64,000 bases of DNA. Origin: Eledone cirrhosa (Eukaryota). Below the pieces are notes generated by a model that was given only the letters and a program-made list of their open reading frames with translations, ran no database searches and had not been told where the DNA came from. The DNA lies in assembly GCA_964016885.1 (NCBI GenBank), contig OZ024740.1, positions 123,194,001 through 123,258,000 of the forward strand, read 5' to 3'. Positions 26,410 through 44,659 of this stretch are shown here, one piece after another (position 1 is the first letter of the stretch; every line of letters starts with the position of its first letter). The position numbers and the translations under genes are program-made.

Positions 26410-26457
26410 AAAATGACCGGTTTCGATGGTTCTGCAAAAGCCATCTTTTCAAATGTT
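26410..26457 (-). ncRNA. U3:A8 variant hammerhead (mirror copy 30918-30965 plus)
   Basis: at-TTGAAAA-gatgg..ccatc-GAAA-ccgg-TC-at; palindromic ACCGGT stem III, GUC site, weak stem I. Confidence 0.7.
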
Positions 26458-26811
26458 GATTAATATTAAGAAAAATTAATAATAAGAAGAGTTAAAATTT
26501 AAGATTTGAAAATTAAAGTATAAAATTCAGTGTGGGATTTTATAGGAGTTTTCATCTTGGTAACAGCAAGTTGACTGCTGTGTGCCTTTCTGGTAGTGAA
26601 TGAGGAGTTATTTGTGGGGAGTGGTTTTTTTTATAAAGGTCAGATTTAGCAATGGCTAGATGGCCAGCTGCTGGTCAGTGAGGGGGTGGAAGCATAATAC
26701 ATACATATATCTCCCTGTGGTCGGTAGAAGAGGGGAGAGTGATAGAAAGGGATTTAGTGCACTTACACCTATATATACACACATACACTCATCCACACAC
26801 ACATACATACA

Positions 26812-27120
26812 CGCAACTCATAACAACAATACGGCACAATTATTTCACCTCAATCGGCCCTGCTCTCTTCAACATCACACCAGGACACGTCAAAACAGAA
26901 ACTGACCACACAAAATTCAAGAAGTCTTTGGACAAATTCCTCCAAGTAATCCCGGACAAACCACCCACACCCGGATATGTCTCCGCAAACAGTAATTCTC
27001 TTCTCGAATGGGCCATGGTGCCCAAATCCTGAATTGAAAGACTTCGCCAGGTGGTGCTATTAAGTTAGACATGGCCTGGGCCAATACTGGCCAAAACATT
27101 TCAAAGTTATTCAAAGTTAT

Positions 27121-27121
<1 letters not shown>
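26812..27121 (+). mobile_element. CR1/L2-like LINE 3' fragment inserted in one pseudo-LTR arm
   Basis: FTSIGPALFN..FKKSLDKFLQVIPDKP..NSLLEW; (TTCAAAGTTA) tail; absent from the mirror arm. Confidence 0.75.
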
Positions 27122-27181
<60 letters not shown>

Positions 27182-27727
27182 CACACACATACATACACAC
27201 ACACATACATATACATACACACATACACACATACACACACACATATATACACATACACACACATATATATATACACACACACACACATATATATACATAC
27301 ACATACATCCAGATACACACATACATACACACACACACACACACATACACACACACACATATATACATACAAACATACAAACACACACACACACATATAC
27401 ACATACACACACACATATATACACACACACACATATATATATACACATACGCATACATCCATATACACACATACATACACACACACACACACAGTACATA
27501 CACATACGTACATCCACATGCACACACATACACACACACACACACATATACACATACATACACCCACACACATAGAGAAATGGCCTCCAATTATATATAT
27601 ATACATACATACACATATATTTTTTCCATAATATAAGAAGTTAGGACAGTGAAATACAAGTCATTCTGATCACATTGAGTTCTTCATGTAGATTGGGCCC
27701 CGCAACCGACAGTGGTGAATTCTGTGA

Positions 27728-27822
<95 letters not shown>

Positions 27823-28001
27823 CACGTGCAGGGTTTAATATGGATGTGTTGGTCACACAAAGGCATGGTCTGTCAACGAATAAACCTGATTCTACAGAAT
27901 TGGTCTCTGATCTTTAATAGTAGTGATAATTATATACATGCACACATACACACACATATCTGTCACTCCGTGCGTATGTGTGTTTATATTTTATGACAAT
28001 T

Positions 28002-29785
28002 CTATTGGGGTGATAACCCGTTTAGTTTTGGTTTAAATCTGTTAAGGAATAGATATTCTTTGTTTATTCTTTGTTGCTGTGTGAACGAATCTGAGCACTT
28101 GTAGAAGGGGAAGATTTTAAAGTTGGGTAGTGTCATTCCTGCGCAGTTCGCAATATGGCTGCTCAAGGGGATTTTTCTTGTGTTAGCGTCCCGGATTTGT
28201 TGGCGGTGGATGGTTATTCTTTTCCGTAATGAGGTGCCCGTCTGTCCTATGTAGTTGTGTTTGCACCCACCGCAAGTTATTGCGTAAATCAAGTTCTCCG
28301 AGTTGCAGGTGAAATTGTTTTTTACTGTAAATGTTTGGCCATCTTTAAATGTAAACTTTTGTCCTTCAGTGAGGTAGAGGCACGTTCCACAGTTTGTTCT
28401 ACCACATTTGGTAACTGTAGGGTTGAGGATTGGTTTGGGTATATTTGGTCCAGTGAGAATGCGTTTTAGTGATTTGGGTTGTCTTTTACTTTTAAGGATC
28501 TTGTGTGTTTCAAGAATAGACTTCAATTTTACATCTTTAAGTAGGATGGGGAGGTTTTTGTGTAGGTGATCAAACATTTCGGTATTTCTGGGGTTGAAAG
28601 TGGATACATATGGCAGGGTGTTGAGTGTGGTTTTCTGTTTTGGATTGTTAAGTTGATGGGGATTTAGGTGTTTTGCCCTGTCTATTCCATTGTTGATTAT
28701 TTCAAGTGGAAAGGCTCTTAAGATAAGGGTGTCTTTTAGTTCCTTTAGTCTTTGCTCCCGTTTAGGTGGATCTGATACTATGGTACATATACGTTTGGCC
28801 AAATTGTAAGGAATGTTAAGTTTTGTATGTTTTGGGTGACTGATGTGAAAAAGAGGTATTGCTTGGAATCTGTGGGTTTATAGAATATATCTGTATCTAA
28901 TTTCCCGTCTATTACAGAGATGAGAATATCCAAGAAGGCTAATTCCTTGGGGTTGGATTCCATTGTGAATTGTATGTTATTATCTATGTTGTTTATCATG
29001 TTTTTAAACATAGTAAGTGAGTTCATGTCTTCTTGCCATAGGATAAAGCAGTCGTCTAAATATCTTTTCCAATTGGCTTTGAGGTGTGTGTGGAAAGAGT
29101 CTCCAAATAAGAGAAGGGACTGACTGTATATTTGTTGTTCATGGAATCCCATGACTAGGTTGGCATATGTGGGTGCTACTTTCGTGCCCATTGCAGTACC
29201 TGATACTTGTCTGTATGTTGAACCATTGAATGTGAAGTAGTTATTTTGTAGGATAAAGCGGAGTCCGTCAGTGATAAAATCTTTCTTGATGCGTGTCGGT
29301 ATTTCTGATGGGTGTGTGTTAAGCCAGTATTGAACTGCTGTTATTCCATAGTTGTGGGGTATGTTTGTGTAGAGGTTTATTACATCAAAGGAGAGAAGAA
29401 TTGTATTTGCACTTACTGTTTTAGGGAGGTGTTTCAGCATGTCAAGGTCATCTCGTATGTAGCTCTGTATATGTTGTAGAAAGGGTTTCAGTAGGATGTC
29501 CAGAAAGTTGCTAAGTCTGTGGGTTTCACATGTAGGGCCTGCTATAATTGGCCTGAGTTTTACGTCTTCTGGTGGTGTTAGTTCAATGTAATTGTTGGTT
29601 GAGGTGTCACATGCATCGTTTATGGGTTTACATTTGTGGAGTTTCGGTAAGCCGTAAAAAGAGCTTGTATTGCATTTGAAGTGGCTTATATAGTTAAACT
29701 CTTTTGTGGTTAAGCTGTTGCGGTATTTATTCAGTAAGGTAAAAAGGTTCCCCATTGTTTTGGTGTGTTTGTAGTTTTCTGTTTT
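28002..29785 (-). pseudogene. PLE RT + GIY-YIG ORF, 5'-truncated, with one frameshift near 28840
   Basis: FYGLPKLHK, RPIIAG, SFDVINLYTNI, GTAMGT, RYLDD, FLD; CGRTNCGTC linker; NLIYAITCGGC..YIGQT; the expected SCHP motif is broken by the frameshift. Confidence 0.93.
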
Positions 29786-30189
29786 ACGGGTTATCACCCC
29801 AATAGAATTGTCATAAAATATAAACACACATACGCACGGAGTGACAGATATGTGTGTGTATGTGTGCATGTATATAATTATCAGTACTATTAAAGACCAG
29901 AGACCAATTCTGTAGAATCAGGTTTATTCGTTGACAGATCATGCCTTTGTTTGACCAACACATCCATGTTAAACCCTGGACGTGCACACACATATATCTA
30001 TATATATATGCGCACACAGAATTCACCACTGTCGGTTGCGGGGCCCAATCTACATGAATAACTCAATGTGATCAGAATGACTTGTAATTCACTGTCCTAA
30101 CTTCTTATATTAATGAAAAATATATGTATATGTATGTATATATATATATTTGGAGGCCATTTCTCTATGTGTGTGGATGTATGTATGTG

Positions 30190-30228
<39 letters not shown>

Positions 30229-30488
30229 ATGTGGATGTACGTATGTGTATGTACTGTGTGTGTGTGTGTGTGTGTATGTATGTGTGCATCCGGATGTATG
30301 CGTATGTGTATATATATGTGTGTGTGTGTGTATATATATATATGTGTGTGTGTATGTGTATATATGTGTGTGTGTGTGTGTATATATATATGTGTGGGTA
30401 TGTGTATATATGTGTGTGTGTGTATATGTGTGTATGTGTGTATGTGTGTATGTATATGTATGTGTGTGTGTGTGTATGTATGTGTGTG

Positions 30489-30561
<73 letters not shown>

Positions 30562-31067
30562 ATGTATATGTATGTGTGTGTGGATGAGGGTGTGTTTGTA
30601 TATATAGGTGTAAGTGGACTAAATCCCTTTCTATCACTCTCCCCTCTTTTACCGACCACAGGGAGATATATGTATGTATATTGCTTCCACCCCCTCACTG
30701 GCCAGCAGCTGGCCATCTGGCCATTGCTAAATCTGACCTTTATAAAAAAAACCACTCCCCACAAATAACTCCTCATTCACTACCAGAAAGGCACACAGCA
30801 GTCAACTTGCTGTTATCAAGATGAAAACTACTATGAAATCCCACACTGAATTTATACTTGAATTTTCAAATCTCAAATTTTAACTCTTCTTATTATTAAT
30901 TTTTCTTAATATTAATCAACATTTGAAAAGTTGGCTTTTGCAGACCCATCGAAACCTGTCATTTTTTATACCCTTTATTCTTTCCTTACCTTATAAAATT
31001 ATATGTTTTTTCACAAAAAAGTATTCTGTCTCTTATATATTCCATGTGCCATTACCAACCTCAATTT

Positions 31068-34080
<3,013 letters not shown>

Positions 34081-34088
34081 TATATATA

Positions 34089-34148
<60 letters not shown>

Positions 34149-35084
34149 ACTAAAAGTCTGTGATTGCTTGTCTGTAATGCAATACAGCCAAAAGGGCGCA
34201 TAATTGGAAAATACTTTGTAGGGAAGTTGTCCCTGGAATGTAAATGCAAATGGAATAAAACAACTTTCGAGTAAACTGAAGTACCAGTTCCCGAGATGTA
34301 GGGTTTTCTGGGTATCTTCATAAACAGAGAGAGAGAGAAGGATAGAGAGAAAGAGATAGTGATTGTTAGATAGACAGAGAGGAAGAGTGAGGAGACAGAG
34401 AAGGAGAATGGAAGAGAGAGATATGTTGGTGTTGTGTGTATATATATATATATATATGTATTTACATGTAGGTATGTGAGTGCGCTTGTTATATACGTAT
34501 TTATTTATTATATACGCTTATTTTATTTATTTATTTGTATACACGCACACACACACATATATATTTATATGTGCGTGGTTTTGTATACCTATGGCAAGTG
34601 TTTTTGCGTATGCTTGTGTATGTACGTATTTGCATGCGGGTATGTATTTATTTAATTTCTATTACCTCTGTATTGTATTTCATTTCTTTATTCTTAGCTC
34701 TGTAGCAGAGATTCATTCGGTTTCCTAGTTAGAATTTTAGTCTACGACTTCAGCTATACCATTTACGCGGTTTTGTCTTTGCGTGCAATTTTTCTGCACG
34801 CCCCATATATGACGTATTATCTTCCTTTTTCCCTTCATTGCCTGAGAACGTCTCTATGAACCCCCTAAGAGAACATTAGCCTACGACTTCTTTTATACCA
34901 TAAACGTGGTTCTGTTTTTGCGCGTAATTGTTTTTTTACCGCTCCTATTAATGAGGTATATATTCGTTTTGTCCCGTTCTTTGCCAGGGAACGTTTCCAC
35001 GAACCAAAGTATCGTCTTCCTGTCTTCCTCCGGTTGCAACGTTTTTTGAAATATCTACTTCTGCGTTTACAGATTGACTTTCTT

Positions 35085-35135
35085 AGTTTCAGAAGATCCC
35101 GTTAAGGGTGAAAGCAGCGATTCTTTGCTTAAACT
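35085..35135 (+). ncRNA. Hammerhead-like motif with CAGAAGA core (copies 43337-43387 plus, 62920-62970 minus, 63262-63310 plus)
   Basis: agttt-CAGAAGA-t-ccc-gttaa-ggg-t-GAAA-gca-(9 nt)-tgc-TT-aaact; all three stems pair. Confidence 0.65.
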
Positions 35136-35162
35136 TTAATCAGTTACTTTAATAAATAAATA

Positions 35163-35218
<56 letters not shown>

Positions 35219-35219
35219 A

Positions 35220-35277
<58 letters not shown>

Positions 35278-35344
35278 GCGTCTATATATGTGCGTGCGTC
35301 TATGACAAGTGTATATAAAGTCACAGACACCCACACATATATAT

Positions 35345-35410
<66 letters not shown>

Positions 35411-35518
35411 GCCTTCCAGTATCATTTCACATTTTATATATGTCTGTGTGTATTTTAATTATTTAAAGATTATTTTGAAGTGAACGTGAACCAATGGTCA
35501 CAGGTCGTCTAGTATGTA

Positions 35519-35558
<40 letters not shown>

Positions 35559-35616
35559 TACATACTAGACGACCTGTGACCATTGGTTCACGTTCACTTC
35601 AAAATATTTTTTTTAA

Positions 35617-36565
35617 ATGATAAGACTGTCATACTCTACAGCGTTAAACCTTGAACAACACATAAAAAAGATCAATACTAGAAGGTTAAACGAAAACACT
35701 AAGAACTTAAGTACAAAGAACCCCCAAAAAACAGTAGACAATACACTACAGAACATAAATAAACCACACCTAAGTTCGTCCGCAATACTACTCCAGAGAA
35801 AACCCAACGTACACAACTGTAACTGCACCTATCCTGACAACTGCCCCCTCGGCAATAACTGCCTGGAAAAAAATATTATTTATAAGTGTACCATTAAATC
35901 CGGAGGCAACGAGTGGTATTACGTGGGATCAACGGCAACATCGTTTAAATCTCGATTGTATAGGCATTCTTACTCAATAAAACACCAGAGCCAAAGAAAT
36001 GTAACAACTTTAGCAGAAAAAGCTTGGACGCTCAGGGATAGCAATCAAAAGTTTACCCTAAAATGGGAAAAATTAGCTAAAACCCAAAGCTTTTCCAGGA
36101 GCCAAAATTTCTGCAAATTGTGTAATCTTGAGATTTATTACATAATCACACACAAGAAGAAACTGCTGAATAACAGAATTGAACGAACATTATTCTGCCG
36201 TCACAGAACTAAAACCCTTTTTTCCCACTACAAGCCGAATATTACATAAAAGAGGGACATCCCCCAACTATATAAACCTTAATCTAGTTAGAAAAATATA
36301 AAAACAATCTCTTCTCAACATATATTAATAACCTTAAATTACCATACTAATAATGAAAAGATATGCTGATGAGAATAGGTACAAATATGCGATAATGAAT
36401 GTGTCTAAAAACGTCCATAAGTATGTATATATATGTGAAAATGTATATAAATAAGTAAATATATATATATGTTTGATGTGTATAGTTAGATGTAAGTGTA
36501 TTCATGTATTAAAGTGCTTATATATATATATATATATGTGTGTATGTGTATATGTGTGTGTGTGG

Positions 36566-36627
<62 letters not shown>

Positions 36628-37475
36628 ATGTATATATATATATATATATGTGTATGTATGTATGTGTATGTGGATGTGTATGTATGCGTATGTGTGTACA
36701 CATGGACTAGAGTATGTATGTATATATGTGTGTGTCTATACGTGTGTATATATAAAGATAAGTTGAGTATGAAAATGTATACACATGAGCGCGTATGTAT
36801 GTACATGAATACATGTGTGTATATATATGTGTAGGCATGTGTATATATATGTAAGTATGAATATGTGAATTGTGAGTATATGTATTTTGTAGAGGTGTGC
36901 AAATATATTTGTGTGAATGCGTGGGTGAAAGAATACGTACACTTGAAAGAAAAACTTAAGTCTGAATGTTAAGTGCAAACACAAAACCAACCACGCATAT
37001 CTTTACTATCTCTAATCCTTCTATAGATTTAGAAAAATAACCAATAATATATTCCATAAAAAATGTCAAAACAACAGATGGGAATCTAATTACTCACTGC
37101 CACCAAGAATTCTCACTGCTATCGAAAAACCACTCCTTCAACTATTCTTCTAACAACTTCACCCCTCCCTCCTAATATTCTCTATAAAAACTAAATAGGT
37201 CCTCAGTAATATTATTCTGATGAAATGACAGTAAATAATAACATTGAAATATTGAATGTCTGCATAACTAAAAGTTTGTAGATAGCTGTTTTAGGTAATG
37301 TAACTGTTATAGAAACACGTGTCAATAAATTCCTTTCAACTAAACTGTATCCATTCAAATCTTTCTATTTTTCTCCGGATTACTTTTGGAACTACAACTG
37401 GAACCGTCGAGCAAACTCTACGTGAGCTGATAATCTACTGTGTGTAATATTTATATTACAACACAACGGAAAATA

Positions 37476-37478
<3 letters not shown>
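35617..37478 (+). mobile_element. Penelope-type 3' fragment (open GIY-YIG domain, 35617-36249) plus pseudo-LTR ending at (TA)n
   Basis: CNCTYPDNCPLGNNCL, NIIYKCTI..YYVGSTA..R..H, CKLCNLE, LN..CRH. Confidence 0.9.
37212..37328 (+). ncRNA. Type I hammerhead with about 88-nt stem II domain
   Basis: ttatt-CTGATGA-a-atgacagt..actgttat-a-GAAA-cacgtg-TC-aataa; palindromic stem III, GUC site. Confidence 0.8.
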
Positions 37479-37529
<51 letters not shown>

Positions 37530-37548
37530 GTATATACATATATATACG

Positions 37549-38240
<692 letters not shown>

Positions 38241-38324
38241 CGGTTTCAAGACACGTTTTCAGATAAAGAATCTTGCTAAACAAATTCAGAAACGAAATAT
38301 ATATATATATATATATATATATTT

Positions 38325-40430
38325 ATCATCATCTTCATCATCGTTTAACGTCCATCTTCCATAGTTGAACGGATTAGACGGTTTTGTTCCATTTGATGCG
38401 GGAATGGTCGGGAGACCATCTCTCACTCACACGAAAGCGTCTCTGTCAGGTTTTTTTACAGCTCGATGCCCTTCCTAACACCAACCACAATTAGAGTGTG
38501 GACTGGAAGGCTTTTCACACTTTCTCCAACACGGCCATGTTACAGTATGGACTGTTGTGTCATTGACAAAGTAGCCGGAACGGGAGAGGGAGGATGGGCT
38601 AGGGTGTGGCGGTGGGATGTACATTGAGTTAAGAGGTGCCTACTGACTGTAGGTTTGTATGCAATGGTAATCGGGTCTTCTGTACAAATGCATGGCGCCA
38701 AAGGTCTCGATCCAGTGTCATTGTCTTAGAGAGGTGTAGGTGGGCAAGGTCAACTTTTATCACCTCAATCCAGGTTTTTCTTGGTCTACCCATTCTGCAG
38801 GTTCCATCTATTTTCATTGCCCTGCACTTTTCTATACAGCTGTCATCCGTCATACGCATCACATGTCCATACCAACGCAATCTCCTATCCAGAACACAAC
38901 ATTGATACCTCTTATGATTAGTCTCCCTTTTAGTTCGTTTATGCTTTGCCTTTCTCGCACATTAATATAGCACATCCATAGGAGCATGCAAGTTTCATTT
39001 CTTTCAAATCTATGCAGGTCTTCAGCACACAATGCCCAATGCTGACTACCATGTATTATCACCATTTGTATACATGCATCATACAATTTGCCTTTCATTT
39101 TTAGAGAAAAACCCCTTGTGGCCAACAGAGGTATTAGCTCTTTGAACTTTTTCCATCCCGTTCTAACTCTGGCTACTACACTTTCAGAGCACCCTCATCC
39201 ACTACTGATTTTTCCCCCACATAACGGAAGGTGTCTACTATTTCTATAGAACCACCTGAGCAATTGAAGGAGATATCAACCAGTGGGTCCTTGCTACTTG
39301 CTGCACCTGCGAATCGGCCACATATAATATCTAGATTCTTAGATAGCTTACCTCTGATCCGATTACATCATTTATATACACATAGTTTGCATTTAGGACA
39401 TAGAATGGAGTTTCTGCCTACTCCTTTCTTATACACTGAGCATGGCCATTTCCGAGAGGGTGCCTGTGCCTATTCTCCTTTCTGCATACTAGAACCTTAG
39501 TCTTATTCAAATTTATTCTAAGGGCTTTTGATTCAAGGCCATGCTTCCATGTTCGGAACTTCCTCTCTAGTTGAGCCATAGATTCAGCTATGAGAGTTAG
39601 ATCATCTGCATATAGATGTTCCCATGTGCAGCCAGTCTTAAACCCCTCTGTTATAGCCTGTAGGATAATAATAATAATCAGAAGGGGGCTAAGAACGGAG
39701 CCCTGGTGAACCCGTACCATTACGCTAAATTCATCACTATATTCTTCCTTAATTCTAACCTTTCTGACTGTTCCTCTATATATGGCTTGTATAGTTATCA
39801 CAAGCCTTTCTTCCACTCATAGTTTTCTAAGAGCCCTCCAGATTAAGGTGCATGGGACTCTACCAAAGGCCTTCTCCAGGCAAAAAAAGCTAAGTAGAGG
39901 GGTTTACTGTTAGCCAGGTACTTCTCTTGCAATTGCCGTACAAGGAAAAGAGCATCTGTGATACCTTTACCTGGCACAAACCCAAACTGCATTTCATCTA
40001 GATCAATTTGGTCTCTGATCAGTTGAGTAATATCTCTTTCTGTGACTTTCATGATTTGGTCAACTAATTTAATATCCTTATTGTTTCATCTATCTAGGGT
40101 ATCTCCTTTGCCCTTGTAACAGTTGATGCTGCTGCTGCTATGCCAGACTTCCTTAGGTTCAAGCATCTCTACAACCGCGGTTGAGCGACCTTTCAATGCG
40201 CCTATATTCATGGTACCGATTCTGAAATTTTGAATTTTGATAGGAGGGAGGAAGGCATAGAATGGGGGCACAGCAAGGGGTGCGGAGGGCGGAATTATGT
40301 TGGTCTTGGGCTTCCATATCTGATATGATAGGTGTGTGGGAGACGGAATTATGTTGCTGTTGGGCTTCCGTATTTGATATGATGATGAGCATTTGCATGA
40401 TCGTCCTGAAACGGGAGGTGAATTCATCTT
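38325..40430 (-). mobile_element. Decayed RTE LINE with a large internal deletion (EN start joined to RT)
   Basis: [18 protein letters not shown] fused to INCYKGKGD; MQFGFVPG, HQGSVLSP, LYADDL, GRPRKTW; CAT-repeat tail. Confidence 0.92.
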
Positions 40431-40434
40431 TATC

Positions 40435-40614
<180 letters not shown>

Positions 40615-40665
40615 GTATTACAAAGGAGAATACATACTGTTAGGACATGTTTATACATAAGCACC

Positions 40666-40704
40666 TATGTACGTTTCGCCCGAACAGGGCTTCTCAAGGG
40701 CATA
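40666..40704 (-). ncRNA. U3:A8 variant hammerhead motif
   Basis: tatg-ccc-TTGAGAA-gccc-tgttc-gggc-GAAA-cg-TA-cata. Confidence 0.65.
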
Positions 40705-41021
40705 CATATCTAGAGAGTGTTCAGTACAGAACCCAGAAGGGGTTTTAAAGTGATAGTCACATCAAAGTTCATTCTCGATTCAAACATACATCTGGTGTTT
40801 GAATAACTGTCCCCAAATGGCTTATTATCCGTTCACATGATGGTTGTTTTCCATTACTATTTTATGGGTGCTCCTTTACTATTGCCCAGTCAGGCCCGAT
40901 CTGAGAGGCATAGTTGGTGTACAGATGTTTAGTTGAGCAACATTCCCCCCGGCGCGTTATGATTTGGTGCAGGGGGGCCCAGTTTATGGTTTTAAGGTCT
41001 CAACCGAGGTCCAACCATATA

Positions 41022-41208
41022 GTTGTTTCTACTTTAGGCACAAGGCCAGCGATTATCCAGTACATTACTGGTACTTTATTTTATCGACCGCTTAAGGATG
41101 AAAGGCAAAGTTAACCTAGGCGGGATTTGAACTCAGACTGTAAAGGGACGTAACTATGCTAGAAAGCATGGCGTCCAACCTTCTACCGATACTGCCAATT
41201 CACCGCCC
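41022..41208 (-). mobile_element. SINE family 1
   Basis: Full-length match to the other copies. Confidence 0.85.
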
Positions 41209-41684
41209 ATTCCATATAATGATTGCTGTATTCTGTGTCTGCAGTTTATCACAGATTCTGTTCTGTTGTTGATGAGCTCTAGGGGTGCTCTTACGATATG
41301 GTAAAGTTCCATGAGGCAGAGCTCGCACTTCCTTTTAAGTTGTACGGTGTTGCCCTGCTGACAATTTCCCAGTATGTGGGAAAGCTAATGTTGCAGTCTT
41401 TTAATGTTGTGATGTAGTTGGCGAGTGATGTGGAGTATCTTAGCTTCTTGTTTCTAAAGAGTGTTCGAAATCTAGTTTTGAATGATCCACGCTTGACGCT
41501 ATTATGGCTAGTTATGCTGCACCTATAAATAACATTATCTGTCAGACAACTTCCCCTGAGCGGACAGCTTCTCTGATCTCGACACTTGCATTGTCGGTAG
41601 CGGTCGCTGCCGCTATGGTGGCTTCTAGTGCAATTAACTATATGTATCGCTTACGCCTTTAAACCTAAATACTAAAATATTCTA

Positions 41685-41718
<34 letters not shown>

Positions 41719-41723
41719 AACAT

Positions 41724-41821
41724 GTATGACCCCGACGGCAGAGCTCAAGCTGTTTCGACGGCTATTTCTGGACTCAGAATTAGCCGTCGAAACGGCTTGA
41801 GCTCTGCCGTCGGGGTCATAC
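41724..41821. repeat. GC-rich near-perfect hairpin (47-bp arms, 4-nt loop) in a (TA)n-flanked fragment
   Basis: GTATGACCCCGACGGCAGAGCTCAAGC..GACT..GCTTGAGCTCTGCCGTCGGGGTCATAC. Confidence 0.92.
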
Positions 41822-41931
41822 TTTTTCCTATTTACCACTCTACTACCCTAAGTATTGAGTAGTCTGGTGCGTTATGGTCCATCTGGTTCCTTACCACAAT
41901 TATTTGTTATATATATATATATATATATATA

Positions 41932-42982
41932 TGAAAACGGAGAAAGAGACGATTATTAGGAAGAAAAAAATATTTTTTTCCTTTTTTGTTTCTCTCTCTC
42001 TTTTTTCTGGGTTAGAAAATGATTAAAACGAAATGTTTTACTTTGTGTGAAGTATTAAGGTATTAGTTGATTTATTTATTATTTAACAATGGCATTTATT
42101 TATTTATTTATCTATTTATATGTTTAATTATTGTCTATTACCGGTTTCAGCATTTTCATGCATTATCAAATGATAGTGAAATGTATTAGTGTGGTGTCGC
42201 ACATGTTAAACAGAAGGTGCAGAAAGAATAATGTTATTTACAAACAAGATTTATGAAGTGAAAAGAAAAAAGAAAAAGGAAAAAGAACGTGCATAATGTA
42301 GGACATAAAAAGTCAATGTGGAAGAAAAAATAATGTTATTTACAAGCAAAGTCATTGAAGTTAAGCAGATCAAAATGTGTTAATATAGCAAGAGTGCTTA
42401 GTTGATCCATGATTCCGTGATGGAGGCAAATGATGGACTGAGGTTTGATATGATTTCCATTTTTAGGAAGTAATTCTTGCTGGATGATATTTAATTTATT
42501 TAAGAAAAAGGATTAGGTAGGGTGTGAGGGAACTATATTAACACAGTTTGATCTGCTTAACTTCAATGACTTTGCTTGTAAATAACATTTTTTTCTTCCA
42601 CATTGACTTTTTATGTCCTACATTATGCACGTTCTTTTTCCTTTTTCTTTTTTCTTTTCACTTCATAAACTTTGTTTGTAAATAACATTATTCTTTCTGC
42701 ACCTTCTGTTTAACATGTCCGACACCACACTAATACATTTCACTATCATTTGATAATGCATAAAAATGCTGAAACGGGTAATAGACAATAATTAAATATA
42801 TAAATAGATAAATAAATGCCATTGTTAAATAATAAATAAATCAACTAATAACTTAACACTTCACACAAAATAAAACATTTCGTTTTAATCATTTTCTAAA
42901 CCAGAAAAAAGAGAGAGAGAAGCAAAAAAGGAAAAACATATATTTTTCTTCCTAATAATCGTCTCTTTCTCTCTGTTTTCAT
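41932..42982. mobile_element. Fold-back cassette (about 445-bp arms, about 165-bp spacer) with U3:A8 HHR motifs at 42135-42176 minus and 42743-42784 plus
   Basis: Arms are reverse complements, (TA)n at both ends; ctat-cat-TTGATAA-t-gcat..atgc-t-GAAA-ccgg-TA-atag. Confidence 0.85.
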
Positions 42983-42993
42983 ATATATATATA

Positions 42994-43090
<97 letters not shown>

Positions 43091-43122
43091 TAACTCGTGT
43101 GCTTCCTCTCCACATTTTATTA

Positions 43123-43297
<175 letters not shown>

Positions 43298-43403
43298 ATA
43301 TATATATATATATATTACTATATATATATATTTGTTAGTTTCAGAAGATCCCGTTAAGGGTGAAAGCAGCGATTCTTTGCTTAAACTTTAATCTCTTATT
43401 TTA

Positions 43404-43462
<59 letters not shown>

Positions 43463-43465
<3 letters not shown>

Positions 43466-43893
43466 CATTTAAATATAAATTAATATATATGATGAAACAC
43501 AAATACCAACATATCTGTATTTATATTGTAAAAGAAAATTTAGTTAGCTAGAATGAAGTATACTAATTATAATATTACAGTCTGCCCATATCGATTTAAA
43601 ATAATAAATCACGAACAGGTTTGATTTTGAAATTTAAATGTGTCTAAACATCATGGCCATTTGGCAATACTGTCTGTCTTTGTTGATTTATTATTTTAAA
43701 TTGATATGGGCAGATTGTAATATTATAATTAGTATACTTCATTCTAGCTAACTAAATTTTCTTTTACAATATAAATACAGATATGTTGGTATTTGTGTTT
43801 CATCATATATATTAATTTATATTTAAATGTTTTACACGGCTCAGAAGTATTTCTTACTTTGAGCTAATTTCATTGTAAAAGAATTCATTACAC

Positions 43894-43935
<42 letters not shown>

Positions 43936-44035
43936 GTAATGAATTCTTTTACAATAAAATTAGCTCAAAGAAAGACATATTTCTGAGCCGTGTAAAACAT
44001 TTAAATATAAATTAATATATATGATGAAACACAAA
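43463..44035. repeat. Chained inverted duplications
   Basis: 43464-43612 is inverted at 43683-43832; 43791-43895 is inverted at 43932-44035. Confidence 0.85.
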
Positions 44036-44617
44036 TCACTGATGAGGGACTCATTTTATTACATGTTATCCATGTGCAGCCTGCAGTATTCTTCTCCCCA
44101 TTTTTTCACATATATTTACCTAAACTGCGATTCTGTTTTTTTCTCTATTTCTCTCTTACTGCTCCCTCGTTCTCTCTGTTTCTCCTACTTTCTTTCGCCC
44201 CCTCTGTCATGTTAGTTAACTCTTCCTCACACTTCCACTCACTCACTCACTGTTTCTCCCCTTCTCACTTCACCCCGTTCGCGACGAAAACATTTTCTCT
44301 CTTTCTCACATTTGGATTCATCCCGAAAGGTCTTTTTTCTAAGCGCTCATATATTCACCTAGCTTATGCTAACAGAATAACTATGTAGCTTGTTCCCTTC
44401 CTCTCTACGGTTAGCTCTCCTCTTTGTTGTTATCTTGTCTCACTCGCTTTACGCGTTTTAATTGTCCTAATAACTTAATTTAGTTATTATTGCACCGACG
44501 TGAGGTATATGATTTTTAATGCAATGAAATATCTATGATCGTCGGCAAATCACTGATGAGGGACTCATTTTATTACATGTTATCCATGTGCAACCTGCAG
44601 TATTCTTCTCCCCATTT

Positions 44618-44622
<5 letters not shown>
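44032..44622 (+). repeat. Partial tandem (period about 515 nt) of the 17835-18332 family
   Basis: 44033-44108 is repeated at 44547-44622. Confidence 0.8.

Positions 44623-44654
<32 letters not shown>

Positions 44655-44659
<5 letters not shown>

Noticed and set aside
34255-34327. ATGAAGA...GAAA on the minus strand
   Set aside because: Core and stems I and III do not fit
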